DNA of 50,210 nucleotides, counting the filler, from Sphacelaria rigidula (lineage: Eukaryota), in NCBI GenBank assembly GCA_964200075.2. It is 2 parts of 2 records of this genome, joined end to end, with 100 filler letters (N's around TTAATTAATTAA, not from the genome) between each part and the next. Parts side by side here need not be neighbours in the genome. Positions count along the whole stretch, not along the records: positions 25,163 to 50,210 come from CAXNAA020000182.1; 1 more part is not named here. One strand, given 5' to 3'. This document shows positions 37,554 to 49,367 of this stretch, piece by piece (the first letter of the stretch is position 1; the number at the start of each line of letters is the position of its first letter). A program made the translations under genes and the position numbers. The notes below the pieces were generated by a model, which saw only the letters and a program-made list of their open reading frames with translations, had not been told where the DNA came from and searched no databases.

Positions 37554-37702
37554 TGCCCGACAGTGGAGAGCGACCATGTCGTGGGTCCACAAAATTCGAC
37601 TCCATGGTCGACGAGGAAAAGGGACCGTTGAACCTCTCTCGCGATAAAAATTAAGGTCAGGCACCGCAGAAGGAAGGTGGGGTACTACAATAAAAAAAAA
37701 GG
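37554..37702 (+). mobile_element. 3' body of the split SINE
   Basis: TGCCCGACAGTGGAGAGCG..CACAAAATTCGAC..GGTCGACGAGG..TCTCGCGATAAAAA..GCACCGCAGAAGGAAGGTGGGGTA continues exactly where the head stops, judged against the intact copy (CTCA|TGCCC). Confidence 0.78.
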
Positions 37703-40459
37703 AAACGAGGTGAGGAAGGTCAAGCCCTCCAGAGTATAATGGAAGGAAAGAAGGAAAGAGGAGGGAAAACAAACAAACGGCAGGCTGGGACCCCGAAAAC
37801 AAAGCAATCAGACCCCTGCTACATGGTCGGGTGAGCGGGTCGTGCACAAAAACAAAGTGTTGAATCAGGTTGCGCCTCCGCTATCTGGACACCACACTTT
37901 GCAGGCAAAACGTCTCACCCACAAACTCTGCAACAGAGAAACACGAACAAATCACGAATACTATACGACCCGAAGACATCTGTGATACAGAAAATAAAAC
38001 GCGGAGAAGGAAGGGCACCAGGAATCAAACTCAAGTATGAAATCGAAAAATCGCTAAATTCGCCAGCAAGAAAGTCTACAACCAACAGGACCCGACAGGA
38101 GTATGTACAAAGTTCCGTCAAGAATCCCACAAGATTACTAACGTTGATTGATTGGTTGGTGCACACGGACTGGTCCCCTACGAATACAGCCATGGTCAGA
38201 CGTTGGACGTACTCGAACGGAGTAAACTCAACAACGACAAGCAGAAGACAAACACATACACAAAAAGGAAGAATAAACAGGAAGGAACGGAAAAGAAAGG
38301 GGGAAAGAGAAGATCCCATGATACATCTAAAATAGTACTGGTGCTGCCTAAAACATTCCAACAAGGAGAATGCTCCGCTGTTTCTACATGGCTTCAGGTG
38401 AGAAGGCCGTACACAATCAACAAACCAACTTCAACGAAACGGGGACAGAAACAAGGCTGTGGACGCAGGTTGCGAGCTGTCTGGAAACACTGTTTGGCAC
38501 GAATTTGCTATCTAAAAGGTGCACGGACCCAAAATGCGTCCGAGCATCAACGGGATTGAGACAGATGTCAACGCCGGTACCTTCAACGTGCCACGCTCGT
38601 AAGCGAAGTCTGCACATGATTTGCGAGCGTATATTCGTGTGCGGCTGAAGCCTCAAGTCTAACCGTTTCGACATTGGTTTGAGGCGTCGGCAAATAGTCT
38701 ACTCCAGGTTTGAGGGTACATCTCCGAGACCTTCTCAACACAAACTTCGGAGGATGTGGAATGCACTCGCTTACAAATATACAGGACAAAGCCAAGCGAG
38801 AGGATCCAGCATGATAAGACTATCGTGGAATGCATTTGCTGTCGCGATCGCAGCTCAGCCGTTTACTGTGCGAGTTGAAGTAGCGTGTCCACAACTTGAC
38901 GCGCTTTCCAGTCAACTCGACGGCTGACATATCTTCATGGCAATTACAAACTGCGCTACCCCCGCGTGTAGGGTGATTGAAAAGTGGTTCAGCGGGGAGT
39001 ACGCAAATTAACCTCATCATCAACAATATCTCCATCTCTTAAACCTCGTATCTTTCGTCGAACACGATAGAGTTTATCCCTACTGTACAACTATGGAGTT
39101 GCGTACCAAGTGGGACCGCTGGGTTTGATCTACAGTAGACCGAATAGTCGCCTGCGGCATTGGATCTCACGGGGTGAGTATGATTCCGTTCTGTAGAATC
39201 GTTTCTGCGTTAAGGTTTCGGGGTCACATTTGATCTTTACTTATTCTCTCGTCTTGACTATTTATTTTGTACAGTTGGCCTGTGACCACGGGAGGCGTCC
39301 GCATCAGATGACTAGTATGGAAGTAAGGAGTACAGATCAACAACAAGAGAATGAGACATAATATAACAACAAAAAATCTGATTATTAGCTCCACCTCAAC
39401 TTAGTATGTTTCCTGGAAAATATACCCCAAAAATGCTTTCAGCAATTTTCGTCAGACTCATATTCCTCAAACTGCTTTAGATGGTGACAAAATATTTTAA
39501 ATCAACCCATGAGAATAACATTGTGAGGCATACTTCACCCAAAAACACCAGCATACTGCATTCCGAATGTCACCATCCATAGGTAACAATGATTGAAACT
39601 TTAGCTGCCAAGAATTTGAAACTCAGGCGTAAAAAAGGATAGCATCACTCCCGAAGCGTTTTTCAATACAGGTTTGTTCGGAGTGAACGCCCGAAGTTCA
39701 TTGATCAGCGAAGGCTTTCGGAGCGTCCATCCAATAGTTGTATACACGGCATTATACTGACCACCATGAACAACTGAAGAAGGTAACATAGCCGGAATTT
39801 TGTCTAAAGTCATGAGGGTGGCGCTAAGGGACGAAACGGCCTTGATATTATTCAACAGCTTTTGTCGAACGACCACATTGAAAAGAGCTGCGTCGACTGA
39901 GCCACCGAACTGGATGCAGCCCGGTCGCAGATACCGCACAACTCACATCGCCGTCATCACATCACGCGGAGAGTAAAGCTATGCTACTGATTTATTTTGT
40001 TCCGTCAAACAGCGACTATAGGAACACAAAAGAATGAGGAAGGCTCGAAAAAACAAATCGGTGAGACGAAACCACAATTTGTCCGGGTACTGCATCATTA
40101 TATCAGCCGGTCCGATCAGACAAACCACGGGGTGTTCACCAGACTACCCCTTTCACCACTCACGACGTACAAGTGAATTCGACAAATTGTCGCACTCGAG
40201 CTATGAACAAACGCGGAGGCCAACACAGACCTCGTAGTACGTGGATATGGCTTATTTCGGAGCATTTGTGATGCCCGTGCCAGTCCTGCCTCGATCTCGG
40301 AGGCCGAGTACAAGAGAGTTCACTATACTTACGCCCTTGATTCCTTCGATACACACATGGATGAAACGTTGCAATCGTCACCTTCGCATTTCCAGGCATT
40401 GTGAGTACATCTACATCTCAGGGGAGAGACGGTAACAGTAACTTCATCTAGACTCTCAC

Positions 40460-40528
40460 CCGTCAACTGGCACTGAGGCAGGTTCAGCTCCTCCAGAGCA
40501 CCGAGCTCTGCAAGCGCCACTAGCGAAC
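40460..40528 (-). CDS. Single-LRR exon (69 nt, phase 1-1), probably the next exon of the LRR gene
   Basis: CAG|GT TCG CTA GTG.. encodes (G)SLVALAELGALEELNLPQCQLT(G)|GTGAGA, with an LxxLxxLxLxxxxL pattern and the same strand and phase as the cap exon. Confidence 0.75.
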
Positions 40529-40760
40529 CTGCACATCACGAAGGCGAGTGACATATGGAGCTGCGGTCAGATGTCCCGGTACAGCACATGTAGCAACGCT
40601 CCGTAGCCATCTTTAGCAAATGTAAATCCAGTCAGAGGGGATTCAATCTTACGCACGGGAGGACTTCTCAGCACCCGGCTACTAGCGGCATTAACTATGC
40701 TCTCACCGTTTGTGCGCTATACGAGCTGGGCCAGCCGAGAAGCGAAACTGTAGTTTGCAG

Positions 40761-41023
40761 GCCCATTGTACAGCCAATATCTAGAGTTGGATCCTGAAAT
40801 TTGGTATGGACAATAAACAGGGCATAATAAAATAAAATAAACAGTGCACAGATTTTTTTTTTTTTCATGAGTTGGGGGAATTTTACCGATATCTGAAAAC
40901 TGATTATTGCCCCGAACTCTTGAAAAAAAAAATTGCGTGCACTGGTAGTTTTTCCATTATGCCGTATTTATTGTCCATACCAAACTTCAGGGTCACACTC
41001 TAAATACTACCCGTACAATGGGC
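40761..41023. repeat. Fold-back inverted repeat (~115-bp imperfect arms), MITE-like
   Basis: GCCCATTGTAC..TTTGGTATGGACAATAAA..AGTGCAC pairs with GTGCACT..TTTATTGTCCATACCAAA..GTACAATGGGC. Confidence 0.85.
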
Positions 41024-41700
41024 GGTTTAGTGACGGGGTCAGAATAAGTTCGGAACAGTATTTTCACAGGCCACTTACCGGCCCACGTTTGGTTTTTGTG
41101 CATTGAAACTTCGTGTGGGCCGTGGCTAGGGCATCAGTGGCGAAAACAAGGTGGGTCAGGTTGATTTTTTGTTTAATTTTTCACTGGTTTAGGGCGTTTC
41201 AGTACGGAAACCGCCATTTTTTCACGAGAACGCCCGAACCTCTCCCCCCAAAAGAAACCGAGTGTCCATTTTTTTTATTCAGCATACCCCTGTGGTTCTT
41301 TATCCTGAGTTTCAAAAAACAATTCTAAAAATTGAGATAAGGCCCATAAGTAGTGTTCATTTTACCTCAAAATTGCCCCAAAAACCCGAAAAAAATGAAA
41401 AAAAAAAAAAATAAAAAGCTGTGTTCATAAGCTGTATTATGCACTAGCCACTTTTCTTACGCAACTCCCTTCCTTAACCCCACGAAGAACGGNNNNNNNN
41501 NNACAATTCTAAAAATTGAAAAAAGGCCCATAAGTAGTGTTCATTTTACCTAAAAATTGCCCCAAAAACCCAAAAAAAAAAAAAAAAAAAAAAAATGAAA
41601 AAGCTGTGTTCATAAGCTGTATTATGCACTAGCGATTCTGCATACGAAATTTCATGGCATAACTCTCAAAAAGTGAGACGCGATATCCAGGTTTAGTTAA

Positions 41701-43436
41701 CCCTTTTGGAACCCACTCCTGTCCCTGGGCCAGACGCCTCATTATAAGAAGCCCTGACAAAGAAGAAATGATAGAAACAGAAAAGATCGACGGCAACCAT
41801 TTTTGCTGTGGAACACCAAATAAGACTCCAGACGCACACGTCATAGATGTACCGAAAATGAAACCCCGGAGCGGTCGGGTTGGGTTCGTCCAATGATATC
41901 ACGCGACAGGCGTAGTGTATCCAATTGTGTGCATCAACGAAACTCTCGCAAAACAGTACAAACTCCTATACATGTGATTTTTGTCAGTAAAATCTGTGAA
42001 ATACGTCAATTCGAGTTCGGTGCACGAACCCGTCACATTCGTATACTTGAGCTTAGAGTGGCGCACTTGTATACTTGATATTAGAGTAGTGCACCGTTTT
42101 GGCGGGCTGAATCATCAACACTTGGCGAGCGTAGGAAGCCGCACTTTACAGCCGGCGACAACGATATGGTGGAGCACGTGGAAATCCCATCGCCACATGT
42201 GGAAGCACTGAAGAGCGATCCATATGCAATTCACGTTCAGCTGGAGGAGGTGGCTGAGAAGCACGGCCAGGACGCCGCCAGGCGTTTCGCTGAAAAAGCT
42301 GCAAGAGCGGTTGGGGCAGCCCATTGCCCTCCGGCGCACACCGCCCCCCCCGCTCGCTTACTAGACGTCAACACAGTAACCGCGGCACGTGAAATCGCTG
42401 CCAGGCACGCAGGATTATGTAGGAGACACCAGGCGGACGTGATTGCAAGCGTCCAGACAGGCGACATACTAGCAAACGGTCGACGACCGACCGGGACAGC
42501 CTTTCGCAACCAGCCCAATCCAACTACAACTGCAGTCAGTAGAAACACTTCACTACAGTCGAGTATAACTGAATAACGATGTTACGGTCTTCCATGCCAG
42601 AAGACAGAAGGTATGCAAGATCATTGCATCAAACCCCAGCGCCGCCCACTAGGACAGACTGTCCAAACGCGACAGCGCCAACCGGAGTAATAGACCTCAC
42701 GCAGCACAAAGTACGGCTGTGCAACGTTCAGGCATAACCAACCCGCAGTATAGAGGTGGTGTCGTGGAAACGTACAGCACAAAGCACAGGATGAGATGTG
42801 CCGTAAGATCACAGCCTACAACGTGACAGCCTGTATCGGATACGTCAAAGTAACGGCCCCCGCCTACGCTGCACCAATAGTATGTATAACGGCGGGGTAC
42901 ATGACATCCTCGTCGCCGTTATGGAATGTCGCACGTCGCAGTATGGTGCGGTATAAACGCGTACGACAGAGTTTACACTTGACACAAGCTGAAAATATCA
43001 TGATTACGCGCAGTAGAGAGGTCTAGGTGAACACATTCCCACAGGGCCTGACGGTGACTGTCTGCGATACAGACAGTAGACGGGGGCATAAATGGGGTAA
43101 ATTTGCCGTCGGTGTCACCTTTGTCATTGCAACTTAGGAGTAGGCTTGCTATCATGCGGTGAGAAGCATCTACTGCAGGTACGGCGTGAAGATTGCTTCA
43201 CGAAAGGTCAGCCCTGCACTCTGGCGGGAGTCAGAAAACACCGACGGGTCGAACAATTCGTCATACCCGTAAAATAGAGAAGCTTTGAACCTTTTCCTTC
43301 ACGTTCCTTTCACTCGGGTCTGAAAAACACGCTTTGGGCGAATCGTTCGCTCAAAGGCTGTAGAAAAACAACCATTCGTTGCCCGAAAAAAAGTCAAATG
43401 TAAATCCTCAATTTTCCATCAACAGTTCCAAAAGGG
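41701..43436. mobile_element. Non-autonomous piggyBac-like element (1.7 kb)
   Basis: TTAA|CCCTTTTGGAAC ... GTTCCAAAAGGG|TTAA: perfect 12-bp TIR and TTAA TSD. No transposase recognised. Confidence 0.88.
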
Positions 43437-43660
43437 TTAATCTAGTACATGTGCTCGTAATATACTGATTTTAGTATGGAAACTTATGTGCGCCATATCT
43501 CGAGATAGATTGCGAATTGGGTGAAGGTGAGGGTATTTATCGTCTCCCCGTACTCCAGGGAGTGTGCACACCAAAATTCGTCGTCATCCGCTGAATGCAT
43601 CGATCAGGGGTTTCATGGAGATTCTAGTACGGACGCCATCTCCCTAAGGTATAGGAATTA

Positions 43661-43817
43661 CTAGACATGGGGTTTAATCAACGAGGAAATATGGACCCAA
43701 ACGTTTGAGCAGATGGGCACCTTTCCCTTGGTTAAACGATTAATATAATATGCGGATCATGGCCCGACTCGTCCGTGTCGACGAAATACTGCTTTGGGAG
43801 CTTAAACCCATGTCTAG
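43661..43817. repeat. Small TIR-bounded element (possible MITE)
   Basis: CTAGACATGGGGTTTAA ... TTAAACCCATGTCTAG. Confidence 0.55.
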
Positions 43818-45133
43818 GCTGGCCCAGCTCGTACATCTGTGCCGAAACATGTGAAGTGTGACCACCTTAGAGTGTTCGTATTCAGGAGAAGTAGTGAGTA
43901 GTTGTTTCCAGGCATTGAAGCTAACATAAACGCCACTGCGAGAATGGACGAGGAGAACCAAATGGTGGAGCCCTGGACGAAGCCTCACTTATGTACGAAA
44001 GTCGACCCGGTGCTCCACTTCCCGCGGCGGGGAGGCCAACCTTGTGTTCATCCAAGTCCACAGGAGGCTAACACTCCATGGTGGCCTGCAAGTGCTGTGA
44101 TGATTCAGACATCAAAGGATATACAAGTTTTCTTTTTCCGCCAGCATAGATTGATCTACAATTTCTGCATTGAAGGTTTTGTTATTTAGTCGGGTGCTGA
44201 CCCCCCTGAAACGGATCCCAGAACAACCACTGGGAATTATGTGCAAAATCAATAGGCGTCAGTTGGACGACAGCCGTGAGTCAAGGGTTGGCCACCACGG
44301 AATTCATGGTACAGTCAGCCATTATGGATGCTATTAACAGGTGGGAGCTCCTCAGCTGTTGTAAATAGTGTAGTCGGTGTCACCGACGTCGAGGATTACA
44401 CTAAAGTTGTTCGGACAAACACGACTGTAGCTCCAGCAATGGAGCGGAATGGCGGAGCGAACGGACAGCAAATAATTGGACAACGCTTTCGCCTCGAACC
44501 GTGGACTGCTGTTTTGCACATTTCCCCAAAAATCTAGCGCCTATGTGATCACAGTTGTGGCCCAAGAAGACAGAATACATGGAAACATGAATTATACGCC
44601 CCCGAGGAGGATAGCACGGCACAAAGTACCCGAGCGGCGGGGTTCTACAAACACGTCAGCGGGAAAGAAGACACACACGAAAGTATAGGTACGGCTCCAA
44701 AGGACAAACCAGATAAGAAAAAATATCGGTTACATGGTACTTGGGCCGTGAGGAGCTAAAAGCCAAAATACGAAAACTACAAGGGTCGGCATACCGAACA
44801 AGTCAGGACAGGGCAAGCCAATAAGCCAAGGCAAGACAACCCGACAGAGTCAAAGCATGGTAGGACTGGGAAATGACACGAAATACGCACAATATTGGTG
44901 TAACTTTGTTGATTGACTCCAAAGCGTCACTGAACGCCTTGGTCGAAACACGATGGAGCGATTTTGAGCATCATACTGTGTGTAAAATCTGTCGGTTGCT
45001 TCAGCCCTGTACATGGGCGACGTGGTTTGAAATGATTCGGTCCGAGGCGTACACCCTGTAGTGCATCACTCATCCAATTTATTCGAATATTTCAACGAGA
45101 GAGTCCCACCGCTGTGATATTCAGATATATATA

Positions 45134-45725
45134 CTCCCTCTGACACATAAGTTAGCTCGATTCCGATAAAACGGGTCCTTAACGGTGTCCGATTTGATTT
45201 TCGATTTCTTCATTGTATTCGTTAGCGTTTGTTGAGCTAAACACAACACTCTTTCTACAACGTGGGTGCTCAACGCGTGCAGTCTCGCGGTCGAGAAAAA
45301 GTAGGTCGGCCAAAAAACGGCGATTTCTCGCTCTTTTTCCCAGTAAGCATGGGGGATCCGGGAACACGAAAAATCGCGAAAAACCGTGAAATCGCAAAAC
45401 AACCGTTGATTTTGGATTCCTCCGTCACGTTCACCTACGCACGCCCCATCAAACATGTTTTCAGCATGTAATCGTCAGTGTTTGACGTAAAAACGTCCAA
45501 AACTGGTCAATATTGGGGTATACGTGGACCAAAAATGGGCCAAAATGGGCGTATTTTGACGTCATATTTGTATGGGCCACTAACTTTTTATTTATTCATT
45601 ATGTTTGCATCAGCTTCGTTGGCGCTTCATCTTTCCTACGAACCCAACAACGGGATGATCGGAAGAGTTTGAATGCGCAAACGATTAAAAACCCATACCC
45701 GACCAGACTCATGTGTCAGAGGAAG
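45134..45725. mobile_element. Tc1/mariner-type (Stowaway-like) MITE
   Basis: TA|CTCCCTCTGACACATAAGT ... ACTCATGTGTCAGAGGAAG|TA: TA TSD and a CTCCCTC terminus. Confidence 0.8.
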
Positions 45726-46148
45726 TATATATTTTAAAATATGTAAATATATATATTATACGTGTTGAAAACAGCCAGGGCGGATCGGCCGCGTCTACGT
45801 ACGCCAAGTGAACGTCTGTCTTCATCTATTACACGTTGCAAACAATTACGTGAATTATCTGACAGGGAGCAAGGACAAAGTGTCAACAAAACCGCTCGCA
45901 CCCGATCTCACGTCCTTGTGTATGCTCGGCCTATCGATGACCAAAAACATACTCATCCATGACACGACTTTCATACGCGTGATGAAAAGGTTGTTTGCGG
46001 CTTTCCAGAAGGAGCTGAAGTAGTTTGTCGTGATCAGCCCGCCTGCTACTACCGTCACCAAGATGGGTCTTGGCAAGGGCCAATCGAACACATCGCGGCC
46101 GGCATGGCTGCACAACGTCGTTTTCATCCTACAGCAGTAGTCGCTCAC

Positions 46149-46346
46149 CTGTCAATTTGTTACACTCGAAAGATTTAGAAGCCAGATCGAGCTTGATGAC
46201 ACGCCCCTCCGCATTGACGGCAACGCCAGCCCAATGCGATAGGTCTTCAGCGGTCTTCCACTTTTCCCGCGTCCTTTCGAGCCACTCGGGGCCTCCGTTG
46301 GTGTCGTAAAATTCGCAAAGCACCGAGCGATCATTCGCCGCGGACC
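46149..46346 (-). CDS. Exon encoding the N-terminal cap of a plant-type LRR protein
   Basis: CAG|..SAANDRSVLCEFYDTNGGPEW..KWKTAEDLSHWAGVAVNAEGRVIKLDL..NKLTG|GTGAGC. Matches the DR.AL..LY....G..W....W......W.GV.....GRV..L.L..N.L.G cap typical of brown-algal LRR proteins. Phase 1-1. Confidence 0.85.
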
Positions 46347-46993
46347 CTGCACAGCGAGACGGAAAGCATTCACACCATGATCGGACAGAAGCTTAGTTGG
46401 CAGTCAGCAAGTGACTCGAACTTGTGAGGAGAACCGACATTCAAACAACAGGGACAGTAGTATTATGCACAATAATGCAGATGGCAACCTGAACCAAGTG
46501 ATCACAGCCAAGGAGTAAAACGATACGAATGACGCTCCGGTCACTTAGAGACAGTCATCAACGTACAACAATGCTTTGTGAGATTGACAAGTCTAGCGTT
46601 GATTGAGAGTAAGTTCCAATATTTGTGTTGACTTGACCATTTTTTCAGTATGTGTACTCTTCTTTGCCTGTAACCCTGTCGTTTGCCTACAGCAATACGT
46701 CGGTATCCTACTCAGGGATGTCGAAGGCTCCAGTGGAATGCTATCACAGAAAGCGTATGGAGCCTTGGGGCATTTCTAAACTTCACCTATTTCATGATTT
46801 ATTTGATCGCTTCTCACTCCCAGTCGTATCCTAGACTCAACCTCACCAAAACATTGTTACACCCCATGTGTGGAGACGCGTGCTATTTCCAAGACTCGCA
46901 GCATACGCAGCGACGTAAATATTGGTGTAACATAAACACCAACACAAAGAAAACTGGACATCCACAAGACACGCAGTTATCGGGGCAAGTCGT

Positions 46994-47500
46994 TTCAAAG
47001 TGTCGAACTCCGCCTAGCTCTCTTTTAGGGCCAAAACCGACGATCTTCAAAAAGGACCAAAAACTCATTTTTTCAGAAGATTCTCTTGCTTGCCAAAAGG
47101 TCGCTCCTTACAACAAAAAGAAAAAAATGAACAAGTGCCTTTTCGGAGCTTTTACGTCGTTTCACTCTCTAATAGAGAGATAGGCGGTGCTTGACACCTT
47201 GGAATGATTCGCTCTACTCGTTGAGGCGGTTCCAGGATATGTTGGCATTTTCCGGTGGTAGCAGTTTTTATTTTGGCCAAACGAGCATTTTCGTCAAGAG
47301 GCGGTCAAGTCCAGAGAAAAATGGCGTTTTTTCCTACACTTGACCATTTTTCACCATTCTTGCACAAAAACGCTGTTGCGGACAAAACAAAAACTGCGCC
47401 CCCCGGAGAACGCGAAGATGCCCTGAAACCGCCTTGAGTAGAGCAAGTAGGTCCAAGGTGTCGAACTCCGCCTAGTTTTCCTTCAGGGCGTAAAACGACG
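46994..47500. repeat. Composite direct/inverted repeat element
   Basis: The motif GTGTCGAACTCCGCCTAG occurs at ~47000 and ~47458, with an inverted copy (TAGGCGGTGCTTGACACCTTGG) at ~47181. GCTCTACTCGTTGAGGCGGTTCCAGG (~47211) pairs with CCTGAAACCGCCTTGAGTAGAGC (~47422). Confidence 0.65.
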
Positions 47501-47942
47501 GAGAAGCTCCGATAGGTTACTTCTTATATTTTTGTCTGTTTCAAGAAGCGGCCTAAGGAGCAGCAGCCTGAACCCCAAGTTTGGTGTAGCTCATCTTAAA
47601 TAATCTCAGAGGGTTCACCGTGTTTGGATTGAGAGCTGAAACTCCAGACCTTGACCCGGCGATTGCGAAGCCCAACTTCCCCCAATTCGACGAAAATTAC
47701 GTCTACCCTCAACTAATTCGACAGCGTACATAAGTCACCCAACAGTACGATAGGGAGGGAGGTGGAGGTTATTTCGGGCCATTTCTTCTACGAAAGCAGC
47801 AACAGTTGTCCAAACGAGGTTGTTACCGAAAACATAATTGGTACTTCATACTGCTTGCCACCATTTTCGCCCATATATAATCACACAGTGAGCGTTTTAG
47901 GTCGACTGACATACCCATCAGCCTTTTTTCACGGAATCAACG

Positions 47943-48062
47943 CCCCCCTCCCCCCCCCCCCCCCCCCTTGCTCCGTCTCGAAAGGGATGCGTGGTCAATG
48001 GTCAAATGACTAAGGCAAGCAACAAATGAGTACCCCCCCCCCCCCCCCCCCCCCTTCCCCTC
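47943..48062 (+). repeat. Short dispersed repeat flanked by poly-C tracts (other copies at ~1-82 +, ~11160-11253 -, ~24909-24972 +)
   Basis: Shared core GGGATGCG(A/T)GGTCAATGGTC...ATGACTA...ATGAGTACCCCCC in four places. Confidence 0.75.
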
Positions 48063-49121
48063 CCGTATCGTAGAATGACTCATACGCCATATCTGGGTTC
48101 ACGTTTTTTGTAAAATATAGTTGAATACCCCGAGTGGTCAATGTCGGATGTGAGTTGGTCATTTTCCAATGAAGTCGCACGAGGCACCTCGGATCAAGGG
48201 GGCCCATATTGAGAAATATCTGCACCACGGCCACCCGCCCCCCTCCCCGCGGTCGAGAATGAGGAAAAGATCAAATCAAATTGGGAAAAACCTCATTCTT
48301 CCTATTTCTCCTCTTGAATACGGAATTGAACGATCATTTAAATATCTGTGGATTCGCCTCAACGTGATCAGTCCCAAACCGAGGAGTTTTGGTGTGGCAG
48401 CTGTTCTTGTGCCTATCGGGGAGCAAAGTTGCCGACTGGAATATGACTTTTGAGTCGCGGTGATCATTGGATAATGAATATTGAGTCCCGCTGGCTTTTG
48501 CAAGACCGGTTGTTTCCGACCTGGCACTATTGCAGTGATACGGCCGCCATGTTGAGGAGGGCGTTGTACGACGAACAGTGCTGTAGTGCTACTGAATGAC
48601 TGAAATGTACATGCAATAAGTTGACTGTGCGGCGTTACCAGCCGCCACGAAAATGTTTTGATGCTATAGACGTGCACAATGTGTGAATTGCAGATGATTA
48701 CGTACTTCGCCCGCGTTTGGACAGACAGCCGTGTTCATACAAAGCGTACAGTATGTCTACATATTGCAACTCATACTGCACTGCGACACAAGAGAGTAAG
48801 AGGTTGCAAAGGGGAATGTTGTGGGCATGGTGTGGCGAAAAGAAGTATCTAACACAGAGGTTGCGGCAGTTATGAAATGTAATAAACGTGAGATTAATAT
48901 TGGGCCGATTCATTTCCAACATAAATGCAAAGGGAGTGTCTGCCAATAATGATGTACGGGGTAGAGCACTCGATCTGCCGCCTCGATTGTTCGCTGCAAA
49001 ATACGATTATATTCCCCGCCATTATAGCGTGAAATACCGTTCCGGTATACCCAGCGCAGGCCGACGCTACCGGCAAACACGTGCGGTGCAGTGCAGCAAC
49101 TACTATCGCCATCATCCAGCA

Positions 49122-49367
49122 ATCATGGGGGGTACCCCTCCCCCATGAAATCGGGTACCCCCCTCCTCCAACCCCAGAATGAGGTTTTCGCGGCCTGGGG
49201 GACGGTGGTGCAGCCATTTCCCGATATGGGGCCCTCGCTCGGACCAAGGGGCCTAACGGACTGGAGTACGTTACGAAGGGTCTCGGATTCCCGGAAACGT
49301 CATTCTTGGCGACGGGGTAGGGGGGGGGTGGTACCTCCTTCTCGAGGGGTGGGTAACCCCCTGATCA
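49122..49367. repeat. GC-rich imperfect inverted repeat, possible MITE
   Basis: ATCATGGGGGGTACCCCTCCCC ... GGGGTGGGTAACCCCCTGAT. Confidence 0.5.

Larger units (their letters stand above)
25245..37555. mobile_element. TIR DNA element (~58-bp TIRs beginning CAC(A/T)GTTATGGGCG) inserted into a SINE and hosting nested elements
   Basis: The left end CACAGTTATGGGCGCGCCTGACCCCCCAAAATGAGCAAAAAGAAGTGTCACCGACCA matches the reverse complement of the right end, CACTGTTATGGGCGTGCCTGACCCCCCAAAACGGGCAAAAAAGGTGTCACCGACCA. The two flanks rejoin into one SINE. Confidence 0.85.

Noticed and set aside
39601-40410. Minus-strand ORFs as further LRR-gene exons
   Set aside because: No LRR pattern or recognisable domain, and the splice sites are unconvincing.
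41319-41633. ~130-bp direct duplication (41319-41448 / 41503-41633)
   Set aside because: It straddles a 10-N gap and contains poly-A runs, so it is most likely an unmerged contig overlap.
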